From Mytilus californianus (lineage: Eukaryota): a DNA stretch of 64,000 nt. The notes beneath the pieces are model-generated. The model made no database searches and was not told where the DNA came from. It saw nothing but the letters and a program-made list of their open reading frames with translations. Position numbers and translations under genes: made by a program. The stretch covers positions 91,202,001-91,266,000 of the forward strand of contig NW_026262734.1 of the NCBI RefSeq assembly GCF_021869535.1. The letters are read 5' to 3'. This document shows positions 37,301 through 50,719 of the stretch, in pieces; the stretch's first letter is position 1, and each line of letters opens with the position of its first letter.

Positions 37301-39632
37301 CGAAACGTTTAGGAATTGGGGGCCAAAAAGGGGCCAAAAATAAGCATTTTTCTAGTTTCCAGACAATAACTTGTGTTCAAGTGTATGGATCTCTCTGAAA
37401 TTGTACTGCAAGGTACCATACCACAAAGGGAAGGCTTGGATTGAGTTTGGGGGTGATGAATCATAAGGGGGTTCAAAACATTTGGGGGGGGGATTTTTTT
37501 TTTTTTTTTTTTCTTTTTTTCCTTTTTTTTTTCTTTTAAAATTTTCCATTTTAAGTTGGTTATTTCTGATTTATATTTAAAAGCAAATAATAATGATATG
37601 GTAGGAGATACACACCAAACAGGATGTGTAAATTATTATATAATAAGTATTGTGCAATAGCAAGAAATTTTCAATTGCACAGTATTGCACAATAGCAAGA
37701 AATCTTCAATTGCACAGTATTGCGCAATAGCAAGAAATCTTCAATTTAACAGTATTGCGCAATAGCAAGAAATATCCAATAGCACAATATTGCGCAATAG
37801 CAAGAAATTGTCAATTGTACAGTATTGCGCAATAGCAAGAAATATTCAATTGCACAGTATTGTGCAAAAGAAGATACTTCGTATAAATTGCTTATTTCTT
37901 GATCAATTTCAATGGGGTTTTATTCTTGAATTCTTGGGGTTCTTTAATATGCTGAATCTAACCGTGTATTAAGTTTTTGGATTTTGGGCCCCGTTATTAA
38001 ATTGGTCCACATTGAGGTCCAAAGGGTCCAAAATTAAACTTTGTTTGATTTCATCAAAAATTGAATTATTGGGGTTCTTTGATATGCCGAATCTAACCGT
38101 GTATTTAGATTTTTAAATTTGGGTCCTGTTTTTTAAATTTGTCTACATTAAGGTCCAAAGGGTCCAAAATTAAACTTAGTTTGATTTTAACAAAAATTGA
38201 ATTCTTAGGGTTCTTTGATATGCTGAATCTAAACATGTGTTTAGATTTTTGATTATGGGCCCAGTTTTCAAGTTGGTCCAAGTTGGGGTCCAAAATTAAA
38301 CTTTGTTTGATTTCAACAAAAATTGAATATATGGGGTTCTTTGATATGCTGAATCTAAACATGTATTTAGATTTTAGATTTTTGGCCCAGTTTTCAAGTT
38401 GGTCCAAATTGGGGTCCAAAATTAAACTTTGTTTGATTTCAACAAAAATTGAATATATGGGGTTCTTTGATATGCTGAATCTTACCATGTATTTAGATTT
38501 TTTATTTGTGGGCCCGCTATCAAATTGGTTCATATTGAGGTCAAAAGGGTCCAAAATTAAACTTTGTTTGATTTCATCAAAAATTGAATTATTGGGGTTC
38601 TTTGATATGCCAAATCTAACTGTGTATTTGGATTTTTAATTTTGGGTCCTGTTTTTTAAATTGGTCTACATTAAGGTCCAAAGGGTCCAAAATTAAACTT
38701 AGTTTGATTTTAACAAAAATTGAATTTTTGGGGTTCTTTGATATGCTGAATCTAAACATGTGTTTAGATTTTTGATTATGGGACCAGTTTTCAAGTTGGT
38801 CCAAGTTGGGGTCCAAAATTAAACTTTGTTTGATTTCAACCAAAATTGAATATATGGGGTTCTTTGATATGCTGAATCTAAACATGTATTTAGATTTTAG
38901 ATTTTTGGCCCAGTTTTCAAGATGGTCCAAATTGGGGTCCAAAATTAAACTTTGTTTGATTTCAACAAAAATTTGAATATATGGGGTTCTTTGATATGCT
39001 AAATCTTACCATGTCTTTAGATTTTTTATTTGTGGGCCCGCTATCAAATTGGTTCATATTGAGGTCAAAAGGGTCCAAAATTAAACTTTGTTTGATTTCA
39101 TCAAAAATTGAATTATTGGGGTTCTTTGATATGCCAAATCTAACTGTGTTTTTAGATTTTTAATTTAGGGTCCCGTTTTTTAAATTTGTCTACATTAAGG
39201 TCCAAAGGGTCCAAAATTAAACTTAGTTTGATTTTAACAAAAATTGAATTCTTCGGGTACTTTGATATGCTGAATCTAAACATGTGTTTAGATTTTTGAT
39301 TATGGGACCAGTTTTCAAGTTTGTCCAAGTTGGGGTCCAAAATTAAACTTTGTTTGATTTCAACAAAAATTGAATATATGGGGTTCTTTGATATGCTGAA
39401 TCTAACCATGTATTTTGATTTTGGACATTGGACCATAATAGGTAAATTAAAAAAAATTGAAGTTCTTAGACCACATTCTTTCTGTGTCAGAAACCTATGC
39501 TGTGTCAAATATTTAATCACAATCCAAATTCAGAGCTGTATCAAGCTTGAATGTTGTGTCCATACTTGCCCCAACTGTTCAGGGTTCGACCTCTGCGGTC
39601 GTATCAAGCTGCGCCCAGCGAAGCATTTTATT
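31313..39632 (+). mobile_element. Three head-to-tail copies of a 2.6-2.85-kb Helentron/DINE-1-like non-autonomous element
   Basis: Each copy: 5' hairpin ATACGACCGC...GGTCGTATA, (GTC)n, internal tandem repeats, 3' GCGGTCGTAT plus hairpin GCTGCGCCCAGC; GACCGC at 31323, 34175, 36781. Lies in PGAM5 intron 1. Confidence 0.88.
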
Positions 39633-39897
39633 TCAATATGGATTTTTTATTCAATTAGTACATGAAACAATATATTTTGTTTTTAACATAAATTTTCCCA
39701 AAAAGTAAGTTATGCATGTGTACATAAAATCATCAGATGGTCAGTCTAGAGGATTCTTACGGGGGGTTTCTAGATTTATAATTGTATACAATAAAAATAT
39801 GTAGTTTAAAACAAAGTAGAAGTTTCTTTTTTTTGTAGTTTGAAAATGAAATATTTAATTTATGTTTTCTTTTAAAAAGAATTCATATTTACACATT

Positions 39898-40576
39898 CAG
39901 TCAGGGGTACTACTTGTACAAGTAATTTTTATTTACTTGAAGAAGTAATATTAATATACATGTACTTATAATATCAGTAATTTTTTAGGATACTCATACA
40001 AGTGTATTTTATTTACTTGTATAGGTAAAAAAAAATTGGCTGAGTTATGTCCCTTAGACATTCAGATTTTTTTACTTATATAAGTGAAAAAATCATCCTA
40101 TCTTCTTTTCTTGAATTCTTATGACTTCTTTGCTCTAATAGAATTTTAAATTGTCTGTCCTTTGCAGATGTCTTAACTAATCATTTAAGTTTAATTTCAT
40201 GGACAATAAAAATCTCATTTGTCTGTTATCTTCAGAACACTGCTCATTTACAAGCCCCTAAGGAGCAATTTTTGAAAGCCTTTCGCAAATACTTAAGATC
40301 TTTGCCCAATCAGTTTCTTTGTTGAATTAATGAGCTGAAACATTGAACTCTAATCAAAAATTGAGAGCTAACCTGGGAAAAATCATTAAAGGCATGTTTT
40401 TACATCTGGAAACTTGAGAATTTTTGTGGGTTGTAAAAAAAATTAACTTATACAAGTGAATTTTTGAGAAAATTAAGGGGAGGTTATTCAAACATTATAA
40501 TTAACTTATATAAGTATGTTATTTTTTACTTCTTCAAGTAAATAAAGATTACTTGTACAAGAAGTACCCCTGACTG
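39898..40576. mobile_element. Non-autonomous DNA transposon, ~55-bp TIRs, apparent 5-bp TSD
   Basis: CAGTCAGGGGTACTACTTGTACAAGTAAT / ATTACTTGTACAAGAAGTACCCCTGACTG; ACATT at 39893-39897 and 40577-40581. Confidence 0.75.
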
Positions 40577-40818
40577 ACATTCTCCTCAAGAAAATCTGAA
40601 ATGACCATCAGCAACATTAATTGTTGTACAATTATATTTGTTTAATATCTGTACATTTATATTTGATTCCCTCTATAGCTGCAAATTATTGTTTTGTTTT
40701 TTCTCCTGGCAGCTCCAATATAGAGGTTTTGTAATATTAACATGATTAAGAAGTAACAAAAATAGCTGAAAATGAAATTTTGATAAAATTTAGTTGCTTT
40801 TGTTTTGTGTTACCTTAA

Positions 40819-41512
40819 AGGGGCACTAGCTGTCAAATTCATGTTCACCGATTTGACTCAAATTCTCATATTTGTTATATAACAATGTAAAACATTTATC
40901 AAAATTATAAAAAATCTAAAATTAACAATTTACAGGGTATAGGGTCGATAATATGTAGCTTCGTTTTGTGTGTAATTAAGTCTAGACGCCATCTAATTAA
41001 CTGTGGAGTTGACCTCCCGAAAACCACCGATGCCCATATAAGGGATATAAACATAAATAAAGATATAAATAGATAGCGCAACTCGTGCAATTGGATTCTT
41101 CTAGGTCTATTTAATTTCATTTATAGATTAAAAATATATGTTAATCATCATTTTTACCTGTATAAGAATGATTTTTTTGAGGATCGAATCAGTCAATTAA
41201 ATGAATTACCTTTGTTTACTTTCAATGTTGACATTCTTATCCTTTAAATAATCAAACATGCACACAATTCATGCGTTATCCAACTCTATCTAAGGGGTTA
41301 AATTGAAGTTCACATGAATACGGATTCAATGAGGTCGAATTATTCACTTGCAAGTGAATAATTCATCATCAATATTTATTTGCTTATTTTGACAAAATTA
41401 GACAATACTGGCTGCTAAAAGCGAATTATTATTTCACTATTCCACTTTCATTAATGATTGAACAAAAAAAATCATATTTTGTAATTTTTTATATCTCGTA
41501 GCTAGTGCCCCT
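40819..41512. mobile_element. Non-autonomous DNA transposon with TTAA TSD (Kolobok-type termini)
   Basis: TTAA-AGGGGCACTAGCT...AGCTAGTGCCCCT-TTAA; purine-purine 5' end argues for Kolobok rather than piggyBac. Confidence 0.75.
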
Positions 41513-41947
41513 TTAATAAGCTATTTATGATAAATATGACAAGATTTATCCATATTGGTGGTAGACATTCTTACCAGTGTTAAGTTTGTTGTTCTTGTTT
41601 ATTGGAACATTCTAAAAGTCCAGTTGTCTAGTTGGCATCTATCTGGGCTTTCTTGGGGACGTTGGAGATGGCTGTATTTATACAACGGTCAGACCCGACC
41701 GGGATGCCCATGAAGTGCCGGACAGAATGTACAGCATAAGGAATAAGTTATTTGAGCTTGCTAATAGGAAAATGGATAGTACTTTCATTCTCTGGAAGGT
41801 ATTTGTCTTGTTGGCTATCATGCCACATCCTCATTTTATATGGTAAAAGTGGAAATATACTCTGATCTGTATATTAAAGGCATATTGATCGTGATCATCT
41901 GAGGGTTGAATATGCGGCAAATAATCATCTTCAATACTTTTTTTAAG

Positions 41948-42135
41948 GCGAGATCCAAATAGTCTTGTTAAACCTGACAAATCTTCAGAAGGAACAACAG
42001 AAAAAGATTTAAAGGATGTTGAAAATGAGATTAAGAAGAGAACTCCAACAGCTTCAAGACATTTGTTATTTATACGACATGGACAATACAACACAGATGG
42101 CAAAACTGACTTTGATAGATATCTCACTGAACTAG
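41948..42135 (+). CDS. PGAM5: PGAM5 coding exon 2 (catalytic RHG)
   Basis: ttttaag|G...G|gtatga; 188 nt; RDPNSLVKP...RHLLFIRHGQYN histidine-phosphatase motif. Confidence 0.93.
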
Positions 42136-43016
42136 GTATGAACAATAACAGTTTAAGTGTTAACGTTCCTTAAGCATTGTTAAGGGACCAGTTGTAGCCT
42201 GCCTAAATTCAGAAATTACTGCGAGGTTTTATTGATGTGAATGATACGACTGGGTGGGTATCGCAATGATTAGAACTCGCATCCTGATATCTGATATATT
42301 TATCTGTATGCAGATTTTCCTGAAACCACAATGATTAATTTCACGTTTTTGTCCATTCTTCAAAAATTGCATAGTAAATGCATGTAATAATATCTGAATT
42401 TACAGTATTTCCATGCAACTATTTTATTCTAAAGATTGATTGACAACTGTTTTATTCCTTGCCAGCACACATGTAAAAATATGATAATTTTGCATTACAT
42501 AGAAAAATTATGAATCTGTTTTTAGTGAGCCTGATAAAAGAGAGGTGAATTATATCAAAGGGATATTCAAACTCATAAGTTGAAAACAAACTGACAATGC
42601 CATGGCAAAAAAACAAAAAACAACAAAAAAAAAACAGAACAACCGTACAATAAACACAATCATGTTGACAATATAGAAAACTAAAGACTGAGCAACACGA
42701 ACCCCAACAAAAACGGGGGGTGATCTCAGGTTCTCCAGAAGGGTGAAGTATACAATAGAAAACATTTTAGCATGGATCTGTAATAGATAAAAACATTTAC
42801 TAATTTATATGACCTTACAATCATCATTTAACAAAAAAAGATAGTCCCTTTGGCAGGTCAAAACATCAAAGAAATCAGACGTAATTACTCTGCTGTTAAA
42901 TCATGGTAACAAATACATGTTATAAGAATGATAAGTATGAATAGAAAAGTTGATAAATATAGATCTATGAAAAGATATTCATTTATACATGTTATATGAA
43001 CCTTTCATCATTTAAG

Positions 43017-43231
43017 GAAAAAAGCAAGCTGATTTGACAGGTCAAAGGCTAAAAGAAATGGGACACGATTACTCAGTATTGGTCAGTTCAACAATGACAA
43101 GAGCCAAACAAACTGCAGACATTGTTGCTAAAAGTATACCAGATGTACCGAGAGAGGAGACAGACATACTAAGAGAAGGAGCACCGATCCCTCCTGAACC
43201 ACCTATTGGAAACTGGAGACCAGAGAAAAAT
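43017..43231 (+). CDS. PGAM5: PGAM5 coding exon 3
   Basis: tttaag|GA...AAT|gtagga; 215 nt; KKQADLTGQRL...SSTMTRAKQTADIV...LREGAPIPPEPP. Confidence 0.93.
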
Positions 43232-44294
43232 GTAGGAATAGATTTATTCACAGAAAATGTTGTAAACCATATAATTTAGTGAGCAGTTTATTTATATAAA
43301 AGTAAGGTGATGTGGTATGACAATGTATGATTTCCAATGATACAACAATATCCACCAAAGTTCAAATGAAGTAGACGTAAGCAATTATAGGCAACTGTAA
43401 GGCCTTCAACAATGAGAAAAATCCTATAGTAGGCTATAAAAGGCCTCAACATAAAAAACATTAAACAATTCAATTGAGAAAAATAAAAACCTAATTAATA
43501 ACAAAACAATTTACGAAAAACAAATATGACAGACAAGAACCAATGACAACCACTGAACTACAGATTCCCGAAGTGGGACAGGCACATAAAGAATGTGGCA
43601 AGGTAAAACATGTTTGAAGACGGCAACCCTGCCATAATGTACACAATTTTAGCAAAAATAAATCAAAGGACTAATAAAATAGCAAGTTTTAGCATCAAAA
43701 TAATAAGGATTTTTTTTCACAGGGCAACATTTAGATATTACTATGTCTGATGCTTTGATAATAGTTTGATTATGCATAACACTTAACTGCAGGATTGTTA
43801 ACATGAATACCTTTGTAAATTATTACAGTGAAAATATAAATGAATAATAACATAAATAGCTACATGAATAACCAAATATTTGTCAGTGAAAAACTGCAAG
43901 AATACATGAGAAGGTACAATGAATATCTACATGAATAAGTACATGTATAACCGTATAGATGACCACATACAGTGTATAAATACACAAAATTCTTACAGTA
44001 AACCAACTTACATTTTTGGGACCAATTTATTTTTTGCGACTTTTACAAGTAAAAAAATAATGCAAATATGAGTATTTTGGAATATGTCAAACTCAGATCA
44101 TCTTTTTCAAGAATACAAAATACAATGTACATGATGTAGAAAATCATCAATAAAAATCACCTTAAAACTAACTGAAAAGCGTTAATATAAAAAAGAATTA
44201 ATTTTTTTTTAGTATTTGTACTTGCCATACCACATATATATTTATATTCATATCTCCATTAGCATGATTAGTGACTATATGGATATTTACATGA

Positions 44295-44872
44295 TTTTTA
44301 GTCCCTTACCGACTAAGTCGAAGGGGACTTTAGGTTTGCACTCCGTCCGTCTGTCTGTCTGTCCATCCGTCAGTCCGGCAAATCAGTTTTCCACACTTTT
44401 TTTCTTCATGCTTGGAAGATACTGATTTGATATTTGGTGTATTGTTTTATGATGACAAGTTACAGATCAAGTTCGAATTTTGTTCCGGTCTGATGATTTT
44501 GTGCAGAGTTATGGTCCTTTGACTTAGAAAATTCCCTAAAAAATCAGTTTTCCACACTTTTTTTGTCATTCTTGAAGATATTGATTTAATAATTGGTATA
44601 TAGTTTTATCATGACAAGTTACAGTTCAAGTTTGAATTTTGTTCCGATCTGATGATTTTGTGCAGAGTTATGGTCCTTGGACTTAGAAAATTCACTCAAA
44701 TAATCGTTTTCCGCACTTTTTTTCGTTATGCTTGAAGATATTGATTTGATATTTGTTATATAGTTTACGCCATGGCGAGTTATAGATCAAGTTAGAATTT
44801 TGTTCCAATACAATAATTTTTTAACCGGTAGGGGACTATGTATTGCCATGCAATACTCACAGAATGCTTGTT
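44295..44872 (+). mobile_element. Helentron-like element in PGAM5 intron 3
   Basis: AGTCCCTTACCG..GGGGACT head, (GTCY)n, three internal repeats, 3' CCGGTAGGGGACT plus hairpin GTATTGCCATGCAATAC. Confidence 0.75.
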
Positions 44873-45007
44873 GTATACTGTTTGTCTTTTGATCTTTTTT
44901 CGCTTTTTGTCATGGCTTTGTCAGTTTTGTTTTTTTTACTTATGAGTTTGAATGTCCCTTTGGTATTTTTCGCCTCTCTTTGACATGAATATCTAATTAC
45001 ATTTCAG

Positions 45008-45141
45008 CAGTTTTATCAGGATGGAGCTAGAATTGAGGCAGCATTTAGACGATATGTACATAGAGCAGATCCAGAACAAAAAACAGACAGCTTTGAAGTT
45101 GTTGTATGTCATGCCAATGTTATAAGATATTTTGTTTGTAG
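45008..45141 (+). CDS. PGAM5: PGAM5 coding exon 4
   Basis: atttcag|CAG...AG|gtaagt; 134 nt; [21 protein letters not shown]...[14 protein letters not shown]. Confidence 0.94.
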
Positions 45142-47676
45142 GTAAGTGTCATTTGAATATATTAGTTTCACCATGGCCTTCATTAATCATGAAGGTTGAG
45201 AAATACTACAGTACATTTTAACAATAATGCAAATTCAGATATTTCAGTGACATAATCAGTTTTGTCTGGCTTGCGAGGAAAGTCACAGAAGACGAGACAT
45301 AGGTGTTGCTTTTTCGGTGTCATCATCAGCATCACCAATTGTTAAGTTTTCTGCTTAAGACAGTTTGATAGGAACTACATGTGAGAGATCAATGATATTT
45401 TCTATAAAGTTGCATTACTATCAGTACATATTAGTTTGAGGACTATTTCAAGGTCCTGCCACCTAGGTCATGGTCCATTGACTTTGGGTTAATTAGCAAT
45501 TTTCACAATGTTAAGATTTCTGCTTAAGTTGTTTAATAGGAACTTCTTGTGATAGATCAATGATATTTTCTATAAAGAGTACATATCAGTTCGACAACTA
45601 TTTCCAGACCCTGCCCCCGTAGGTCATGGTCCAGTGCCTTTCAGTTAATTACCAATTTTTAATGTTAAGTTTTCTGCTAAAGTTAGTTTGATAGGAACTT
45701 TCACTGAATCTCAGTTTGTTGACTATTTCGAGACCCTGCACCCTAGTTCATGGTCCAGCAACTTTGAATTAATTGGCAATGTTGCTGTCCATCAAATTGT
45801 CTTTTTCTGAATTTTCTGCTGACAGGGAAGACTCTGTGTCAACAGTCTATTGTAAAAAAATGTGATGGAATTTTTATCACACTAATTAGAACTTTCATTT
45901 TAAATTCTAATAACTATTTTGAAAGAAGCATTCCTAAAATGACATTGCTTCTGTCTTGTATATTTGTATATTTTACAGTAATACAATACTTAGTTCCTAG
46001 GATCCAAATTATTATCACCCACTTAATCTAGCTTGCAGTGCCCTATAGAAATCACACAGTCTGTCTGCCCGTTTGTCAACACTTTTATGTTGTATGATAA
46101 ACCAGGATGCCTCAACCAATTTCAATATTTTTTTTGCACAGTGTTTATACCTATATAAAGGTCTCTTTTAATTTATGTGACAATTTGCAAAAATTGCAGT
46201 GTAACTTTTTTTTTGGTTCCAAAATCCAAAATATTGAAAGATCTTTTTTGCTAGGATTTCAATGATTTTTTTGTGTTAGCATTTCAAACAAAATTGAGAT
46301 AAAGGTATTAAATATTTTATTTTTATGAAATTGGAACAAAACATTTATGTTAAAATCACAGTTTAAATTATAATTTTTGGAAATTGTTGCCAAAATGCAT
46401 AAAAATATTCAAGTGGTCTGAATTTAATGAAACTTAATATTTATGTTGACATTTCCTGGAGTAAAAATTTATGAAAATAGATACCCCATGAACATTTTCT
46501 GCTATGTTTGCATCAGTATTAATTCGTTGTATCAAAATAAGAAGATGTGGTATAAATGCATATTCTAGGAAAAGGGATGAGAGGTTACAAAATATTGTGA
46601 AAAGTTGAAAACATGAGTAGAAAACATTGATAAAGAACGATGTGACACATATATGCAGCTGAGGATGTCTTTCATCATGAGAATAGAAAAGGAACAAAAA
46701 CACTACATTAAATGTAATATTTGAATATGAGAATAGAAAAGGAACAAAAACATTGCATTGAATGTTATACATTTTATATATGAACAAGAGAATAGAAAAG
46801 AGAGACATTATATTGAAATTTAATGAAGTATTTGCATACCAGAAGCAGGAAGGAAGCATTTACATTATTGTGGTAGCTCAGAAAGTGGACATTCGTATCT
46901 ACCAGTACACTGTTTGTCAAATATTCACTATTCCAGGATATTCTGATTTTCTTTTATCATGAACTGCTTGTAAGTTGGAGTAGTATTTTAAATCATTTGT
47001 AAATATTGAGGAAGGAATATTTTCAAATATTTCAGAACGAAATGTAAGAAGTGGGAAAAAAAACCTGAAAGGTATCAGATTTTGTATGTGTATATGACAC
47101 ATGCATCTGTACAAGATCTAGATGTTCAGATACATTCTATGCCAAAGTTAAATGTGTAAACCATGTACATAAAAATCATGATCCGCCTAATCAGAGCGGT
47201 GAAAATGGCCACAGAGACAGAAGAATATTTAGTAAACTAATCTCCAGTTAGAGTTTAGTTTTATGATTTGTCAGCAGTTAACCTGGAAATTTATGCTGTA
47301 GTGAATTTGGATTTTTTCTCAATGTTTTCAAATTATTTTTTTTATTTGCTTATGAACCAGGTCACAGCTTTACCACCATTATAATATCAACTTGAATATG
47401 AAATGATGCTGGAGGAAAGATGAAATTGCTTTGATTGTTTCAGTTGTGTTTGTGAGCCATACAATTCCCTCCAGGTCTTGCGGCCATAAAAATTTTGTGT
47501 ATGATTATCGTACTTATACTCAAAATTTAACCAACCAAAATACTGGATCTGATGTTTTGAGCACAAATTGTATTCTTCGACTACTGAATAAAGTTTTATG
47601 ATAGAGAGCCAAGAAACATGGCTATGATTGAGCCTCAATCATGGAAGTATAATTTTCTATTTGTTTGTTATTACAG

Positions 47677-48423
47677 AGCCTTACAACTCCCTCCAGAAGC
47701 TTGGCTACGACTGAGCCTCAATCATGGCAGTAAAACTTTCTATTTGCTTGTTATTACAGAGCCTTACAACTCCCTCCAGAAGCTTGGCTACATCTGAGCC
47801 TCAATCATGGCAGTAAAACTTTCTATTTGCTTGTTATTACAGAGCCTTACAACTCCCTCCAGAAGCTTGGCTACGACTGAGCCTCAATCATGGCAGTAAC
47901 ACTTTCTATTTGTTTGTTATTACAGAGCCTTACAACTCCCTCCAGAAGCTTGGCTACGACTGAGCCTCAATCATGGCAGTAAAACTTTCTATTTGCTTGT
48001 TATTACAGAGCCTTACAACTCCCTCCAGAAGCTTGGCTACGACTGAGCATCAATCATGGCAGTATAACTTTCTATTTGCTTGTTATTACAGAGCCTTACA
48101 ACTCCCTCCAGAATCTTGGCTACGACTGAGCCTCAATCATGGCAGTAAAACTTTCTATTTGCTTGTTATTACAGAGCCTTACAACTCCCTCCAGAAGCTT
48201 GGCTACGACTGAGCCTCAATCATGGCAGTATAACTTTCTATTTGTTTGTTATTACAGAGCCTTACAACTCCCTCCAGAAGCTTGGCTACGACTGAGCCTC
48301 AATCATGGCAGTAAAACTTTCTATTTGTTTGTTATTACAGAGCCTTACAACTCCCTCCAGAAGCTTGGCTACGATTGAGCCTCAATCATGGCAGTATAAC
48401 TTGGATTACTGTTAGACCAACTG
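47677..48423 (+). repeat. 83-bp tandem array: 3' splice site plus first ~55 nt of the PGAM5 last exon
   Basis: Unit starts (after TTATTACAG) at 47677, 47760, 47843, 47926, 48009, 48092, 48175, 48258, 48341; a degenerate partial unit lies at ~47608-47676. Confidence 0.95.
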
Positions 48424-48491
48424 GCCGTGTTGGACTTCGGACTTTAGGAGAAAGTGGATTTATGCCTGCTGATGTCACATCTGTTTTATGA
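48341..48491 (+). CDS. PGAM5: PGAM5 terminal exon, copy A (last unit of the 83-bp array)
   Basis: ttattacag|A GCC...; [52 protein letters not shown] 48489-48491; phase 2 matches exon 4. Confidence 0.88.
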
Positions 48492-50719
48492 TGATAATAA
48501 AAAGACTAGCAAAAAGTTAATTAGGAAGATATCAGTGTATAGTACTTTGTGAAAAATAAATCTCAATTTGTCTGATCAAAATAATTCATATTTCTTCCTA
48601 TATTGATTATTGGGAAATACACCTTTTTGTAGTAAATCCAAATAAAACGACTTAGATAACACAATTAACTTTGATAGTTACTGCAAGCAACCAATCCTAT
48701 TTCTTTGTTTATCTTGTTTATAGCCAATTGTGATTATGTAATATAACAGAACAATAAACACTTGTCATACAACTCGGGGGTTTAGCTAGCTATAAAACAA
48801 GGTTAAACCCACCATTTTCTTTGGAAAATGTATGTACCAAGTCAGAAATATGATGGATCAAGTACAGCTATTATATGTATTTTAGGCAACTATCTGATAT
48901 ATAATTTTGTACACCAAGAATAAATCTGGAATAGCATGTTATATACCTAGGTATATCAATCGCAGCACAAAATAAATTTGTCAGTATTTGAGATTTTTAA
49001 CATTGATGTTTTTCAAACTCCAAAATCAATTATGTGTAGCATATTATACCTACAAAATAATTTTTCTTTGAAATCAAAGCACAAAAAAATGGTAATTTTT
49101 TCATTTTCATAACAAAATTTAGCTGTTACTGCAAATTTGAAAACCGGAATAAGTTTTGAAAAGCATGTAATACATAAAAATCAATTTTTGTTGAAATCGA
49201 AGCATACCAGAAATTTTGTTACAAAAACTTAATTTTTACATTTACCTCAACTTTCTTACCGATTTTATGGAAATCAATTTTTGACAGTACAAACACATTT
49301 GGAATAGCCTTTTAAACCTGTAGTTAAATTTTCATTGAAATTGTTGCACAAAAATATGTTTATAGAAACTTATATTATTTTTACAAAACTAAGATCAATG
49401 AGGATAAATGCAATTATTTCCAATTTCAAAAAAAATAAAAAGAAATATACTTAATATAGATATAAAAAAAATTATATTGAAATCTATTCATTATACAACA
49501 TAAACCTGCTGAGATCTGAACAGACAGTCGGAATGATTACTATAGGGCACAGAGAACCTTATAATTTGGATCCTAAGAACCCCTTTACCAATGCAAGCAG
49601 ATCCTGCTCCACATGTTACACCCATCATATTGCTCATGTAAATTATTGAGTTATAACTGTATAACCGATTATAATCTATTATCTGAATAATGCACTGCAT
49701 CTACCTTATACTGCACAGGTCACATGTACTTTAGCTAGGCCAATAGTTTCAGCTTTGCAATCAAAGATCTTGAGGGTTATAACCTGGCTTAAAAAAAATC
49801 CACACTTTTCTAATTTCAGTGCTTGCAGGGTGAAACTAAATTCAGAAAATAAAAATTTTCCTATGATTACTATAAAAAAATTGATGAAAAACTGAAATGT
49901 TCTGATACCTAAATGTTACCTCATACACATAAAAATACAGAAAAACCTCATAAAAAACATGAAACCTGTAATTATTCATGTCCATTTATAACAAATTAAT
50001 CAAGGAAACGATTAAAAATTGATAATTTAACAATTCAAAAGTTCATAATTTCAATTCAAAATTGAAAACACTATTTTGGATAGAACTGTTGCAAGGCATA
50101 TCACAAGATTTTCCTGTGGGTTTTGGTTCATTAAATGTCTCTTTTTTCTTTGCATTATCCTGTTTTTTGGTAGATTTACACGATTATCCTTTTCTGTCAA
50201 TGTTTTAATGAACTCAAGATTTATCTGCATTGTAGACAGATTCAAAATATTGATCATATCTTATCTTTGAGCATAGAATCAGCACAGGGCTCCTTTTTAC
50301 CATAGAATATAGAATACCACAGAACGACCAAAATATTGTCTAAAAATTATACAACAAAATGCAAAACTATGTACAGAGTAATTCATTTCTAAAATGAACA
50401 CTTCCTCTGTAGAATTCCCTTTCTTAGAATATTAAGATAAATATATGTATGTGTATGAGTACGTTGTTGATCGCAATACTGGCTTTAATACAACAGTGGA
50501 GATAGTGCCATCGATTTATTGAAGATGTGCAAGATCAGTTGTAAGCTTTCAACACTTGGTGCGCAAACTACAGTGTCTTCTCGATGGTTCCAATCAATCT
50601 CTGTTTACAAAAAGAAAGAGTCGGAATATTTTTATGTGTTTTGCTTGTTGGAATGTGAAAACACCTTGTGTTGTTCTTTACTTATTTTATCCACAACATT
50701 ATTTGAATGGTAATTTTTT

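Noticed and set aside
32646-39665. Many repeated ORFs (MGSKIKLCLIS..., MDPFDLNMNQ...) on both strands
   Set aside because: They are open frames through 126-135-bp tandem units inside a non-autonomous element; open on both strands, broken at variable points, no domain.
41590-41800. GC-richer island in PGAM5 intron 1; minus strand MKVLSIFLLA... signal-like start
   Set aside because: Frame closes after 36 codons; no splice partner, RNA motif or homology recognised.
47730-47759. GTAAAAC...TTACAG within each array unit as a mini-intron
   Set aside because: Only 30 nt with a weak donor, below usual spliceosomal size, and removal leaves 53-nt pieces that do not preserve frame.
47973-48378. ORFs [16 protein letters not shown]... 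resembling a secreted peptide
   Set aside because: Products of reading through the 83-bp units in rotating frames; the ATG is an out-of-frame CATGGC of the PGAM5 exon.
47677-48423. 83-bp array, and the 35-bp arrays, as CRISPR
   Set aside because: No unique spacers, eukaryotic context, no cas genes; the units are duplicated gene sequence or satellite.
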